A DNA stretch of 49,961 nucleotides, the filler included, from Porpidia crustulata (lineage: Eukaryota): NCBI GenBank assembly GCA_964255105.1. It is 2 parts of 2 records of this genome, joined end to end, with 100 filler letters (N's around TTAATTAATTAA, not from the genome) between each part and the next. Parts side by side here need not be neighbours in the genome. Positions count along the whole stretch, not along the records: positions 25,069 to 49,961 come from CAXUWE010000054.1; 1 more part is not named here. One strand, written 5' to 3'. A program made the translations under genes and the position numbers. The first letter of the stretch is position 1. Each line of letters opens with the position of its first letter. Shown here one piece after another: positions 25,069 through 39,593 of this stretch. Under the pieces are notes generated by a model that had not been told where the DNA came from, ran no database searches, and saw only the letters and a list, made by a program, of their open reading frames with translations.

Positions 25069-26102
25069 TCTCAACCCAGTCTCTCTCCAATTGCCGCTAT
25101 ACTATAGACCATAAATCCAACACGTTTCGAAATTTCCGCAAAAAGGAAGAGAAAAAAAGGGGTGGGCGGAGGGGTAAAGCTGCATATTTCAATCAAGCCG
25201 GTGCGTGATTTTCCATCGGGGTGCCGCGGGAAACAAGGAAGTGGGGGTTGTGTGTTGTGGTGGTTGGCATGGCGTTTGGTGTAAGAAGTAGAAAAGTTGT
25301 TCTTCCACCTATTCGCTTTGGGTGTGTGTGTGCTGGTGAGTAAAGTATACTAAATTGCTGAATTTCTTTCGAGGATGAGTTGTTTGGATTTGATGATGTG
25401 GTGGGAGAAATAAGCGAGGGGATGTATGAGTGTTGGGGGAAATCAGCCAAACCATATTACAGCAGATATATCTCATACCCATCTACATCAACCCTAAAGA
25501 CCCCACCCATCATCGCCGCACAGCACATTAAATAACCACTCACCCCCCGTTCTTCCTCTATTTCCTTACTAGTACTTATCCATCCAGCTACGCCCGAGCC
25601 CGAATCTTCCCCAAGCCCTACAAACCGAAAAAACAAATACAAGGTAAAAAGCCCGAATACAACTCTATTCCCCCCGTGAAAGGCCCGGAAAATTTGCGCC
25701 TTCCACTTCCAGTCGTCCTGCCCCCGGTAAACGCCGGGGGAAAAAGAACACCTCGGGCGTGGCTTCCTTGAAAGCCGAAGGGTATGCAATGGGTGGGTAT
25801 CTCGTGCGGTGAAAATGTTGGTGGAAATGCGGTGGGGATTTTGTGATGTGACAGGGGCGGTGCGATGGAACAGAGGGGTGCGGTATGGAGGAAGCTGTTT
25901 GCTTAAGGGAAGGGTGAGATGATGTAAAGGTGATGCTATTTAGACATGGAAAGAATCGAGGCGTGAGAGGTGGATGTCGTGTGGCATGTGAAAACGAAGT
26001 TTCCAATCCGGTTGGAGAGCGAGCGAGAAATATGAGCCGAAACTCGAGAGCGCCCGCTAGGCAGATAGGTGGCTGTCGAAAGTGAAGTGGTTGATGCCTC
26101 CA

Positions 26103-29100
26103 TCAATGAGATACACCCTGCAAAGGTTAGCTCAATCCTTGCGAATCTATATGAGCTGGCGACACGTACAAAGAGAAAAGCCAGCTCTCTCTCCCCTAAC
26201 CTCCCGATACTTTGACTCGCCTTTTCATCCAAAGCCCCCTCAATCAACGCCCTTTTCTTCTCCTGTAGCGCCAGTATCCTGTCCTCGACCGTGTCTGGAA
26301 CCAGGATACGGTGGACCATGACAGGCTTCAACTGCCCAATCCTATGAGCTCTGTCAATCGCCTGCTCCTCAATGTAAGGGTTCCAGAACGGATCGAAGAT
26401 GATGACTTGCGACGCCGCGACGAGGTTCAGGCCAGAATTTCCGGCTTTGAGGGACACGAGCATGATTTCACACTCTGGCTTGTCGGAAAACTCAATGACG
26501 GCTTCATTGCGGGAATTTGAGGACATGCTGCCATCGTAGCGTTTATAGCCCCATCCCTGGTCGGCAATAGGAACTTCAAGGAGATCGAGTAAGGAAGTAA
26601 ATTGGCTGAATATGATGGTCTTTTCGCCCTCTCCACGGTTTCGGGTGGCTTGAAGGATCTCCATAGTCTTACTTATCTTTCCGCTGGGAATCCACTCTCG
26701 CTTGAGGCGTCTCAGGTATCGTTTACGAGCTTTGGCGTTGCGCATACCCTCTTTCTTGAGTTGTGCTAGGCTCTTCCTGGAGGACCGATCTTTACTGGCC
26801 TTTTCTTTGCCCTTCCCTTTTGACTTCTTACTCTGCTTCGATTTCACTGCCTTACTGGTGGACTTCTCAAAGGGTGTTCTGCCTTTGCGATAACCCTCAG
26901 CTTCCTCTTCGTCTGATCCAGTCTCATCATCGACAACAAAGCCACCAAGCGTTGGATCATCCGTGTCCTCCTCATCCTCACTCTCGCTACTATCGCTGTC
27001 TGTATCATGTATCGAATCTTCGTCTGCCGCTAGACCCACTTCCTCAGCAGCTGCCAATTCGACCATGTGTGCCTTTTTGAACGCGTTGTGGTCGATGATT
27101 TTCGACAGAAGAATCTTGCCGCGACAATTGGGACACTTGATATCCGCATTCCGGCCTTCATTGGCATCACCACCTGCGATAGCCTGTGATGGGTCTGATA
27201 TCCTCGCAAAACACTCAGAACAGGTGCTATGCCCGCAAGGAATGAAGATTGTAGCATTATCGGATGAATCCATACAAACTGGACATTCTAGAGCACTCTC
27301 TCCCTGTTCTTTTATACGAGCCACCACGTCGGGTGCAAGTTCTTTGGCGAGCTTAATCATGTCGGTGACGGAAAGCTCCATTACGCCCGATGACATGCCA
27401 AAGTCCTTGATCAAGTGAGGGTGGCAACACGCCTGGCGGAGGCGCAGTAGCAAGACCAAAACATTGGAGTAGTTTCGCCCCACACTCCCCGCTTTAAGGT
27501 ATTTGTTGAATTGTAATTGCGTCTGCGATTCCAGAGCTTTGTAAAATGCCTGCTCGTCTTCGTCAAACATTGCATGCTGTGCTTCTGTTGTTCGCTCAGG
27601 AAGACTGAGAATAGGTTTCCCATCAATCTTTGACTTCTTCGTCCGCCGCAGCAGGATTGCCTTGAGCAGTGCCTGCAACTGTTGCATGGCCTTGCCCTTT
27701 CCGACATCGCTCTCACGTTTCAAGGGGTTCGTGAAGTCTTTATTGAATCGCTCTTGTGAGTTATATGGCTTGATTCGAAGAAATCGAATTAGCGAGTACA
27801 GTTCACCAACATTGTTCATCATTGGGGTGCCGCTCATGCAGAATCTGGTCAAGGCTTGCAGCGCACATGCTCCGAGCGAAGCTTTAGTATTCTTATTCTT
27901 GATGCATTGGGCTTCATCTATGATGACTCGGTACCATTTACACTCGTCTCCAAGTAAAGGAAGTTGATCTGCTTTGGTCCTCGCTACCCAGTTAGGGTTG
28001 GCGCGCTTGACCATGTCAATGCCCTCCTTGCGCTTTATCTCATTTGCAAGGGTACCAAAAGTAGTGAGAACAACATCAAATGTCCTTAGATGCTCCCAAG
28101 AGGTCTGACGGTTCGAGCCATGAAGAATGTATGTTGTGAGACGGTTCTCCCCGCCGGACTTCAGCTTGATCGAAATTTCTCGCTCCCATTGTTTCATCAG
28201 GGCTACTGGACCTACAATTAGATTCGTCTTCCGGTTGGGATCCGGTGAACGCCTATGGACCATTAGAGCAAGGGCTTGGATTGTCTTGCCGAGTCCCATG
28301 TCATCGGCCAGTATCCCCCCTTTGTTAGATCCCTCCTCCATCTTCATCATCCATGCCAAGCCAAGCTTTTGGTGCTCCATTAAAGGATATTTCATAGCAT
28401 CTGGTGTACCTTCTCGATTTTCTGGAGGCAAGTCTTCGTCTGGACGAATGTTCTCCAATAAGGATTTGATCTCAGCGGTTGTTCGCGTTGGGTCATTGGT
28501 TAGGTAATTGACGCGGTCAATGTATTTGTCCCACAATGGATCGTCGGCACTAATGGAGTGGCCATTGAAGGCACTCTGCATAGCATTTTGATATGCAGGG
28601 TTGTAGTTGTCCAGATCAATGAAGTTTGAAGAATTCATAGAAGAGCCCAACATACCAAACGGTAATGATGAGCTGCTGTAGCCTGGCGTCGTACTCGGGA
28701 AACTACTGATTTGGGCGTCAAGTAACGAGTATGCTGCGTTGGCTGCGCCTTTGACTGTATTAGCAAGGCTCTGGCCAAACTGTCCCGCGGACTGAGCCCA
28801 AGTCGGTGGGTTAGATGAAGAATAGATACGTCCGCTTGGGCTTGCGCTGTAAACGTTGCTGCCACCGTAGCCTGGACTACCGTGATATGAGGCCGCCCAT
28901 TGTTTGGGTTGTGTAGAATCGTTACTGTAGGCCTGTGGATATCCGGTCAGGGTTTGAGGACCTTGGTTTCCTTGCGCCTTCTCCAACCACGGCAAAGATC
29001 GCTGTGGCTTGCTCTGCCCTCCACTCGCGCACCAAGCGTCTTGGTCAATCTCCGCGAGGTCGCTATTCGTGAGAATCGTCCCATCATCGAATTCGTCATC

Positions 29101-30114
29101 ATCATCACTACTACCAAGATCTATAAAGTCATTCGTAGACGGCCCTGGCGTTGTTAGGCACGCTCCATGTGGTTCCTTTTTCGCCGGGCTCCATCTCAAT
29201 TGCCCGGGTTGATTGATCGTATGTTGTGGTAAGACTGGAGGAGGAAGATTACTCTGGTAGTATGGAGGCGGTGAAGATGAAAATAGAGGAACCGGACGAC
29301 GAGCTTTCGCCTGCGCATCAAGATATGTTTGATAGGTATTTCTAGGTGTGGTACTTGGTGCTCTCTGGGAATACGAGGGTAAAGTCCCAGGTAGCGTGCC
29401 CGCATATTGCTGTTGAAGTGATCTCGCGAACTCTTCGTCACGAAGTTCCTGTTCCCGTTTCTCCTTGATCCTTTGTTCTTGGGCCTTCTGTTCCTCTTTC
29501 ATATTTTGTATGTGTTCTTTAGGATCGCCGCCCATGAGACGAAAGAATTCAGGGTCATCAGGGATCTCAAACGAGCCTAATGAAGATGGAGTTGTGGTAC
29601 CGGTCAGGGCCGGACTCGGTGTAGCACGCATTGTCTTGGTTGGGTTCGCTACTGAAGGTGATGCATGGCTTATACTCTCTCTTTGCCGTTTTCTAGGGTT
29701 AGAGGGATTCATAGGTAGACGTGGAGACGGAAACGAAGACTCTGCCTCTAGACTTGAAGCTGAGCCAGATGAGGGTTCCATCTCAGGATTGGCGAAGTCT
29801 GTTGCACTTGTCTGGTGGTGATGCGGAGGCGACGATTGCAAAGATGGAGCAGCAAAATGTCGACCTTGCGAAGGAAAAGCGCCATCCGAAATAAATTGTC
29901 CCCCAAAGCTGTTATTGTGGTTTCCAGCATATGCTGCGAATCCACCAGGAGAATTAGGCTCGCTCGCTTGAGCTGTCTGGCGTTGCGACGCAGCGATCGG
30001 ACTGCTCATGGGAGAGCTATCAACTTCATTTCCATCTAAAAACTTCATGTCTTCCTCGTACTGGCGTGCATCCTCTTCCTGCTGCTCCGGGTCAAAGCTG
30101 ATTCCTAGTTCCAT
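26103..30114 (-). CDS. SNF2-family ATPase with inserted C3HC4 RING (ULS1/RIS1-like, Rad5/16 group); exons 30114-26170 and 26117-26103
   Basis: GGILADDMGLGKT, DEAQ, SGTP, RING CPVC..CGHSTCSEC..CPNC, QAIDRAHRIGQ, and SIM-like FIDLGSSDDD. A terminal intron GTACGT..GCTAAC..CAG gives the C-terminus FLFGVSH*. Confidence 0.93.
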
Positions 30115-31219
30115 TTTGGTTGGTGTGAAGTCTCGTAAACTGACACTTGCGCCTTCGTCGTGGTTGTATTTTTCGTGGCAGGCCCACCGACGTCACAAAG
30201 ACTCGTGGCCGTCTTGGAACCGTAACCGTATGATGAGAGCTGAGACCACCAGCGATTGCGTAATCAGTAGCGAGTCATCCAGATTATCTAGCAATCCTAG
30301 AGTCAACGGACTAGGCGGTGGCCGTGGTCTGTGTATGTGACCTAGGCATCACAAGTCAGCCATGGGTGTGTTGATGAGATACTTGAACGAAAGTCAGAGA
30401 GAAAACGTGGGATAAACCGGGCGCAAGGCCCCAGTGTAAAATGTCAGTACCTCTAATACGATATCGCGCAGCAAGACACGGGCACTACTTTAGGTTGATA
30501 AGAGCCTCACTCCAAGATCGCCGCCACACTCAACAGCCTCGATAGACGCGTCTCAGCGCTTTGTTGTGAGAGAATAGGTACTGTTAGTATCAAAGACTGC
30601 TATTCGGAAACAGTGTGGAAGCATTGTACAACATGAAGCGTATGAGGCTACGGATTCCGGAAACTCAAAAGACCCCCACGGCCACCGTTGTCGTACAGCT
30701 TAGCTTACGAGAATTTGTACACATCCTGAGGGAAGCGAAACCCTGTTTGGGTCTCGTATACGGCGTAGTAGGGCCGCTGCGCGAAATACACAGTTGTCTA
30801 GTCGTCATATCACATTCGCGATGCGTCAATGGCACTCGTCTATCATACTCGGCATTACCTGCAAGGTGGTAAAGAAATTGATAGACGCCAAAAAGCAAGT
30901 TTCGCGATCGCAGCATCCGTACGCTTCCCATCGCTACTAGGAAGGGAAAGAAACAAAATCGGATATCATAGTTCCAGCTAGTGTCCTCCGCTGCAAGCTG
31001 CCTTCTTCCCACATATAAGATGCATTCGTTGAAATATGGCCGATAGAATGTAAAAGCAGAAGACCGGGCTGCTGCTCATGCATGCCCACCAAACTCCGAG
31101 CCCGGCCTCACACACTACCCTCAGGCGCCTAACACAGGGTAAGACATGCGCCCAAATAATTCCCCACACAGAATGAAACCACTTTATTAGACATTTTTAT
31201 CGTTGGTAACTCACTATCC

Positions 31220-34200
31220 CTAGCTACTGTGTGATCGTAACAGGATCTACCATGCGTCAGCCCACGGTATGCATGAATAGTACACGACACGGAACTCACC
31301 CTCTCCAACGGATCCTGCTGATCAGCACTAATCAGCGCCGGGCTCTCCAACCCGCCAGTCAAAGAGCCAACACTTGTCAAAGCACGCGATTCGAGATTCG
31401 GTCTCTTCGAAGACTTGGGACTGACAGTTCCTCCGGAGCTGCTGCCACTCTTGGCGGGCTCCACTATATCATCCGCCGCCGAGAGTCGTTGTTCTGTCCC
31501 GCGTTCCAAGAGCTTCCCACCCAGCGTAGCACATTTGAGTATGGTTTGCATCATTTGGTTTTGCTTGAGTGGTTTCGTCAAATATTCGTCCATCTGCGCC
31601 TGAATGCATTTCTCGCGGTCGCCAAGCATAGCATGGGCAGTAAGAGCAATGATGGGGGACCGGACAATACCCTCTTCTCGCTCGTACTCCCGAATCTTTG
31701 CCGTGGCCTCGAAGCCACCCATGATGGGCATTTGCACATCCATAAGAATAACATCGTACCTCTTTACCTTGATAGCTTCCAGGGCCTCCAGACCATTGTT
31801 CGCCACAGTGACCCCATGGTTGTATTTCTCAAGGATCTTGACCGCGAGACGTTGATTGACCTCATTATCCTCTGCAAGGAGTATATTGAACGATTTGGAG
31901 TGGTCCGATATCGACTGCGTTTGACGACCTTCCAGAGCCGGAATCATGCCGTTTCCAAGATCAATCGGGAGACAAGGAGTCGTCATGTAGGATGCAATAC
32001 CAAGGTCTAGTGCTGACTTCATGCTGACAGAGACGACTGGCGCTAAGAGAACAATTGGTATGTATCGTAATTCGTCGACATTTCGAAGTTGAACAGCCGT
32101 ATCCATACCGTCAACAATGATAACGTCGTAAGCAAGGCCAGAGTTTGATTTTGAGGGCGAGTGCTGCATCCTGGGCCGGGGTACTTGGTGCTCAGTGCTG
32201 ACCACTAAAGGCTCAAGCTCGAGCTGCTTAAGCATCTCCGTGATTTCGTGTGCGTATTTTGTTCGGCCCTTGTCAATGAACAGTACACGGTGGCGCTTGT
32301 ACGCATTTAGTTGTGGTGCCAAGCTATTGAGATCTTGGGTGGCCATTTTCACGACACAGGTAAAGAAGAAAGTGCTCCCTTGTCCATAAGTTGACTTCAC
32401 CCAAAGAGTTCCGCCCATGAGGCTGACAAGCTTCCTTGAGATGGACAACCCTAAGCCAGTACCGCCGAATCGACGAGTAGTTGAGCCATCGGCTTGCTGA
32501 AAGGTGTCAAAAATCAAGCCGAGTTTATCCTCTTGGATTCCGATGCCAGTGTCTGAGACAGAGAACTCAAATGCATATTCATCGTCAGCAGTCACAGTCC
32601 CTGCTGCTCGCTTGATAGTGAGCTTGACCTCGCCATGTTCGGTAAATTTGATAGCATTACCGACAAGATTGAGAATAATCTGGCGAAGCCTAAAGGGGTC
32701 TCCAATCACGTAGTCCGGTACAGAACTATCGACTTGGTACGCAAGATTGAGAAACCTGTCATTGGCCTTGACAGCCAAAGTCTTTAGAGCACTGAACACC
32801 GTTCCTCGCATAGAGAAACTGATAGATTCCATCACCATGCGATTTGCCTCGATCTTGGAGATGTCCAGGATGTCATCGATGATCGTCAATAAGCTATTGG
32901 CCAAGTTGGATACGATATTCAACATCTCTCGTTGATATTGTGTCAGGTCAGTATCCAGCGTCAATTGTGACATTCCAATAATTCCGTTCATCGGTGTTCG
33001 TATCTCATGACTCATGTTAGCAAGAAATTCGGACTTGGTCCGATTCGCGAATTCAGCAGCCTCTCTGGCGGAAGTGTTTCTCTGGATGCTATCTCTGAGG
33101 TTCGAAATCATTTTATTGATCTTCCGCTTCAGGTCATCCATTTCACCAGAAGCGTTGACTGAGATGAGCTTGGTAAAGTCTCCAGCTGTAGCTGCGTCCG
33201 TGATCTCCCCAAAAGCACGAACCTGGGAAGTCAGATTGTCCGCCATCGTGTTCACATCCTCTGTGATCTCCTTCCATCGCCCGCTAACATTGTTAATATT
33301 GGCTTGACCACCCATCTTGCCATCAACGCCCACGTCACGTGCCACCCTCTTCAGTTCCCTTGCAAATGTGTCTAGCTGATCAACCATATCGTTGATGGTA
33401 ACCTTAAGTTTGAGGACCTCTCCTTGCGCATGCACTTCAATCTTCTGGCTGAGGTCTCCCCGAGCAATGGCTTGCGTCACATCAGAAATACCCCGTACCT
33501 GTTGCGTCAAATTGTTAGCCATGATGTTTACATTCCTCGTCAATTCAGCCCATTTTCCTTCAACGTTCTTGACATTGGCCTGACCGCCCAGTGTGCCGTC
33601 TGTTCCGACTTCTCGGGCAACTTTGCTGACCTCAAAAGCGAAGTTATTGAGACGATCCACCATAGTGTTTATTGTAATTTTTAAGCTCAAGATTTCGCCC
33701 TTGACTTCGGCCGTGACCTTTTGGCTCAAGTCGCCCTTTGCGACGGCAGTAGTGACCGAAGCTATCTCCCGCACTTGAGTTGTCAAGTTCATCGCCATGA
33801 CGTTGACGTTCTCGGTCAGATCTCTCCACGTTCCCTCCACATCATGCACAGTAGCCTGACCTCCGAGCTCCCCGTCAGTTCCGACGGCTCGAGCAATCTT
33901 CGTAACTTCCTGGGCAAACTGTCTGAGCTGGTCAACCATGGAGTTGATAGTCGATTTGAGATCAAGAATTTCTCCTTTACAACTGGCTTGGACCTTTTGG
34001 GTCAAATCGCCTCTTGCTACTGCGGTAGTTACAGCAGCAATATCTCGGACTTGGTTAGTCAAATTATTGGCCATCGCGTTAACATTTACAGTGAGCTCGC
34101 TCCACATCCCCTTTACACCAGCGATCTGTGCTTGTCCACCCAAGACCCCTTCCGTACCCACATCGCGAGCAACTCTTGTAACCTCTGTGGCGAATGTTCG

Positions 34201-35247
34201 TAGCTGATCTACCATGGTGTTGATGGTTTGCTGCAGCTGCAAAATCTCTCCTTGTGCTGGTCGCTGAATTTTAAGACTGAGGTTACCCTCCGCTACGGCA
34301 GTAGTAACCTCTGCAATTTCACGGACTTGAAGCGTGAGATTGTTCGCCATGACATTGACATTTTCCGTTAGCTCTTTCCAAATGCCGTTGACCCCTGTGA
34401 TCTGAGCCTGGCCACCAAGATTGCCTTCTGTACCAACCTCACGGGCAACTCGCGAGACTTCGCTCCCGAAAACCTGTAATTGGTCCATCATGGTATTAAT
34501 TGTCCGCTTGAAGGTCGTTATTTCCGGGTCCATCTCGACAAGATGAATTTGAACCTTATGGCTGAGATCACCGTTCGCTACGTTGGTAATGATAGTTCCA
34601 ATCTCTTTCAGTGCCTTCTGAAATGCTTCATTGGCCTGTTGATGTTTTTGGAGCTCACGCTGAAGCCTACTTATGTCCTCATTCTCGACCTTGACAAATG
34701 TTCGTTCCGTCTGCTCTTTCTGTTCATGCAGCTGCTCATCGACACTGGCAAGCGTCTCTCTCTGGGTCTTGATTTCTGACGCCTGCCTCTCAACATGTTC
34801 ACGAAGATGTTGAAGGTCCTCCTCACTGAATGTACGGCCATTGCCCGTAAGAAGGCTTGAGACACGGGCATGTCGCGCTGAGCCCGAACCCTGGCGTATA
34901 GGTGCACCATTTCCGCTCCGAGTCGTACCGGTTTGGCCGTTAGTCCCAAATGGTGATGTCAGCTCTCCGAACTCGCTAGGTGTATCTGGAAGTATTTGAT
35001 TGTTCACGGTGCTAGCTTTAGCTTCGAGAAAACGGACCCTAGCTGCAAGAGCAGAGAGCTCGTTCTCTAGCGACGTTTTTGCTGCACTTTGCTTTCCTGG
35101 CAACAGAAGCTTGCTGGGTCGTTGCTGAAGCTTATCAGAACTATCTGAGCAGAGATCGAATTGTGGTGGATTATATGATGGCGTAGCCCCCCGTGCGAGA
35201 CTACGAATAACCACGGTCGCCGCGGACAGGGTTTCTTCCTCGACCAT
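31220..35247 (-). CDS. nik1: Group III hybrid histidine kinase (NIK1/OS-1/NikA); exons 35247-31300 and 31246-31220
   Basis: Six ~92-aa HAMP-type repeats, H-box [14 protein letters not shown] boxes ([22 protein letters not shown]) and receiver [11 protein letters not shown] terminal intron gives ILLRSHSS*. Confidence 0.96.
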
Positions 35248-38086
35248 GATGATGGATGCAAGTTAATGCCCTAGGGTATCATTGATGTGCGCTGGTTCAG
35301 GAGCGATAACGCTTCCGTTGCAATTCTGGTGGAAGTTTCGTGGTGGGGCTTGCTTTGCCACAAGAAGTCGCCAAAGGCTTGCTGCAAGTGGGAAAGGGAG
35401 GGAAACTCGATGTCCAGGATTTGTGGTTGTAGAATCAACGGACTTCACAAAGCGTCAGACAAGGGTAGTTAGAATTCGCGATAAAGGAATGTATATGGGC
35501 GGGCATCGACGTCCTCCGAGGTCGTATTGAAGATGCAGCGACAAGCACCTTTAGTAGCCAGTACTTCGAAGAATAAGGCAATACCAAAACCCGAGCCTGA
35601 GAAAGCTGGTGCAGAACTGATACCAGCTTGGACGTGGGGAAGTTCGTTAGCAGGATTTTTGATAGATAGCCTCGGGGAGCTGTCAAGACAGCGGGCAGCG
35701 GATTGTGTCGTTTGCGTTCCCTGATTCCCCTCAACAAGAGCGCGTGCCTTGCTCCACAGGAAAACAGTAATGGTCCCCAATCATTTGGGCAGAGGCAGCA
35801 TGACCTGACGTAGTATAAGGTGAAAAGGAGATTAGAGATGAGGCTCCAATAAATTATTACTTTTCGGTACAAATTAAAAGGGGATTCGAAACAATGGTAT
35901 CAAACGACGGACCCACTTTGATGATCATGGAGGTAAGGCCGTGCTAGCCATAATGGGCCGGTGACGCTACCGTCATCAGTAGGGTTGCCGGCATGTCGCA
36001 CCAAGCGCTACGGGGTACCCGCTAGAGGGCTGCCGTATCAAATAAAGTCACATATTGCATCTAGAGGTCAATTATAACCACCTCGCATCAAAGAACCCTT
36101 CCTACTACTTCACTGGATTCTCAACCGAGCAATGATACTATTAGAAGTTCCGGGATCTCTCGAACTCTTCTACACAGCAGACACATTCTCATAATACTCA
36201 AGTGATAGAGCACCACTGACAAGTTGGAATGGGCCCCTTCTTCGATGCCCCTCCCCTCGATAGTAATGAGAGGAGACTCGACATCTCTCAATCTATGTCC
36301 TATTACCGAAATTCTCACAAGGTTAGGCTCATCGATGACTCATCTGTGATTGCAGGAGTGTCTCGAGAGCACCCTACGCCCAACATCGGATCGCTGGAGA
36401 TCTTTCTTATTAGCGAAATATTGTTGGACCCGGAAAGAAACCGAAGGCTACGGATGTTGTACATATAGTCCTAAGTTCAATACTTTTTAAGAAGGGTGTA
36501 TGTAATTAGCCCCATCTCGTTTGCCAATGGATCCTCCTTCTTTCTGCACTGCTTCTCTTGCATTCATAGACTAGATAATATACTCAGCTCTCAGATTACG
36601 AATGTTGTTCATCTCGTGAGCGGGTCCTTAGCATGATGCCTAAAAAGGTTCTCTCTTTGCGACCCAGTATCATACTCCGTAAAGAGATGGATTAGGTGTA
36701 TCTTCTCCGAAAAGTTCATTCTCATTAGGCCGCACAATAAATCAGACAAAATTATCAATCCTGTCCCAACCATCTATTCATAGATCGAACCCTACATCCG
36801 TTCACAAGAGCATCAACTTTTTACCCTCGCATCAAGTTGACAAGGTGGTGCTATTGTGATCAAAGTACAGTAATGGGTGCTACAACCGTACCAACAGTCG
36901 TAAATCTCGACATCATTGAATCTTGTTATTTACAGCACGTACAGGAAAAGAGAGCATCTCAAGGTCTACGGGGAATCACAAGTGCGAAACTTGGCCACGT
37001 TGCTCAGACGAACGACTGTGACGAGGGTCTTCGTGCCTATATCAATACGAGCTTTGAAGGTGAATGGACCTAAACTTGATCCACATCGCTTGTCTTTCTG
37101 ATCGAAATCAATTGTGTTGTCAGACATGACCAGGAAGGGCAAATACACGGTACATTGCAAAGAAAATGCCACCCTTCGCGGCCATAACTTCCGATAAGTC
37201 TTTCTGAAAGGCGGCTACTGAGTGTAAAGGGAAGATGCCCATACTAGACGGAAGCTCTGAGTGACCTTAACCGCTAGGAACTTTAACGGTAGGTATGATG
37301 TAAAGAAACTTTAAGCCCATCTCCGTCTGTACCATGAATGTGGATGATTCTGAGACTGTTCCGCAACTGCTATAAGGTTGCCTGCAGATTTATAGCATCC
37401 ATAATGAAATCCTGACCCGATGATTGAATCAGGAGTGTACTAATGTTCGCTGCGGGGATCTTTGGAAGCAGGTATTGTAAGAGAAGAAGTTGATGTCTAG
37501 ATTTATGAAGTAATAATAAAGACATGGGCTGTCCGGCTTTGCCGTCACAGATGTTGATGACAGCGAGGAAAAAGTGGTTTGCAGGCAAGCCTTGAGTGTC
37601 CATCCAGGTCTACGTAAAGCACCAACTCCGCGACAAGGTTCCAATTGCTTAGATGGGGTAAAAACCGTATTATTGAAATTCGCTTCTCACATATTAACGA
37701 ATCCTAGTATCAATAGCAATGGAAATGTGCACCTGGGAACTGAATTGTAGCTTTTTTTTTAATCTTTGTAAATCTACCTACATATTCATGGTCGAGCTGA
37801 GCTGAAGGGCCGAGTCATCGACGTGAATCTAAAGTCGTAATGTGGCATTTTTTTCTTAGTCTTACCTTCAATTTGAGACATTTGGGTTGCCTGGTACCAT
37901 TGCTTAAGCCATGTGAAAGAAAAAACGGTATCGTCGTACCACGTGATGGAGGCAGACAACCAGTCTAGAGCACTTGCAGAAAAGTACAGAAAGTACCAAG
38001 TTCAATCATGAAGCCCTTTTGATCCCCCAAAGTTACCATACCCTCATGTCCTGCGCTACGCGTCGCATAGAATCGGCATTCCCCTT

Positions 38087-38998
38087 CTACAGATCTGGAT
38101 CTTCCTCATCGGGTAGGGGATGGTTAGCAGCGTCTTCCATCTCCTTATTGTATTGCTGGAGCAGAGCTTCGTCAACTTGTACCGTAGGAGGAGCTAGGGC
38201 GACGCCGGCAACAAAGTCCTGGTATTCGATTTGCAATTAGTACTTGTCCCAAATTTAGCAGCATGGAGAGTTGATCTACCAGAGCTGGGTTTCCCACTAG
38301 CTTCCTGGCTAACCATAGGAACGGCTTCTCGAAATTATAATTAGACTTGGCGGAGATGTCATAGTACTGGAGATTCTTCTTGCGGTGGAAAGTGATCGTC
38401 TTTGCTTTGACTTTACGCTCTTTCACGTCCACCTTGTTACCACAAAGTACGATGGGTACTTGTTCGCAAACTCTGACAAGGTCACCTAGACTATGGATTA
38501 GAGTTGCACGTAACACCGAGAATTTTTGGGTACTCACGATGCCAATTTGGCACGTTCTTGTAGGTGATTCGAGAAGTGACGTCAAACATGATGATACCAC
38601 ACTGTCCATTGATGTAATAGCCATCTCTCAGACCACCAAACTTCTCTTGTCCTGCTGTATCCCAGACGTCGAACTGGATGCCTCCGAAGTTCTAAGATCC
38701 CAAAGCATGAGTAAAGCGGTAAAGATGGTGGAGTCAGTCGGAGCGGCCTACCGTGGTGAAGGCGAGAGGGTGAACTTCGACACCAAGTGTTGCTATATAC
38801 TTCTTCTCGAATTCTCCAGTCAAATGGCGCTTCACGAAAGTGGTCTTTGCCGAGTTTTGGTTAGTCCTTGAGCTACATCTACGAGAGCGACCTAGGAGAT
38901 AATAGATAGTAATGAGTACAGACCTTTCCGGTTCCTCCGTCGCCTACGAGCACGAGCTTGAAGGTTGGCGCACTTGGCGCCGCTGCTGCTTGAGCCAT
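38087..38998 (-). CDS. ran: Ran GTPase, 5 exons (38998-38924, 38844-38752, 38691-38538, 38485-38280, 38218-38087)
   Basis: [60 protein letters not shown], acidic tail LPDEEDPDL. Confidence 0.97.
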
Positions 38999-39593
38999 AA
39001 TGGCCAACAGAAAGCGATGATCTGGGCGCAAGATGTGACTGAGTTGGAATTGAATTCTAGTCCAGGTCAGCGCAGACTTGGCTTCACAGTCAGAAGGTCG
39101 AGAGATAGCTGCTTACTTGGTTTTGTGGAAATAGAAAGAGGGCCGTGGATAAAGCACAAATGAAGAGCGATTCTAAGATGGTGGTTGGTAGTGACACAAA
39201 GTGACAAGAAAAAGGTGCTAGCGTTTCTAGGCGATTGGCGAACGGCTCCTCCGATTAGTCACCGTCTCTTTTATCTGCCCTAAGACAGGGTGGTCTGAAG
39301 TCATTGCAGTAGTAAAGCAAGACTACCCTAATCAAGTGCTGCAATGACTTTTAATGTACCTTGGTGCTTAAGATCGCTCACGAAAAGTGTCTCATAACAG
39401 CTTACTAGAGAACGAAGAAATCTGTACTGAAGCATACTACTTTATTGGCTTGGCATTTGTTTATCTCTCTTCGCCAACTATTTTGGATTTACATACTTCC
39501 TGGGCGTAAAAGACTCTTGCTGACCGCCGCAAGACCGTCAGGAATTACGCAGACCAAACTCCAACTTTGCGCCTCCCTTAGAACATATGCCAG

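Noticed and set aside
25936..26102. C-terminal extension of the SNF2 ORF (and likewise 31129-31219 for NIK1)
   Set aside because: Read-through of terminal introns; spliced ends give shorter, family-typical termini.
31231..32010. 259-aa plus-strand ORF
   Set aside because: Antisense shadow of the histidine kinase.
33100..34600. ~276-nt periodic nucleotide repeats
   Set aside because: These are the expected coding HAMP repeats of group III kinases, not an array or mobile element.
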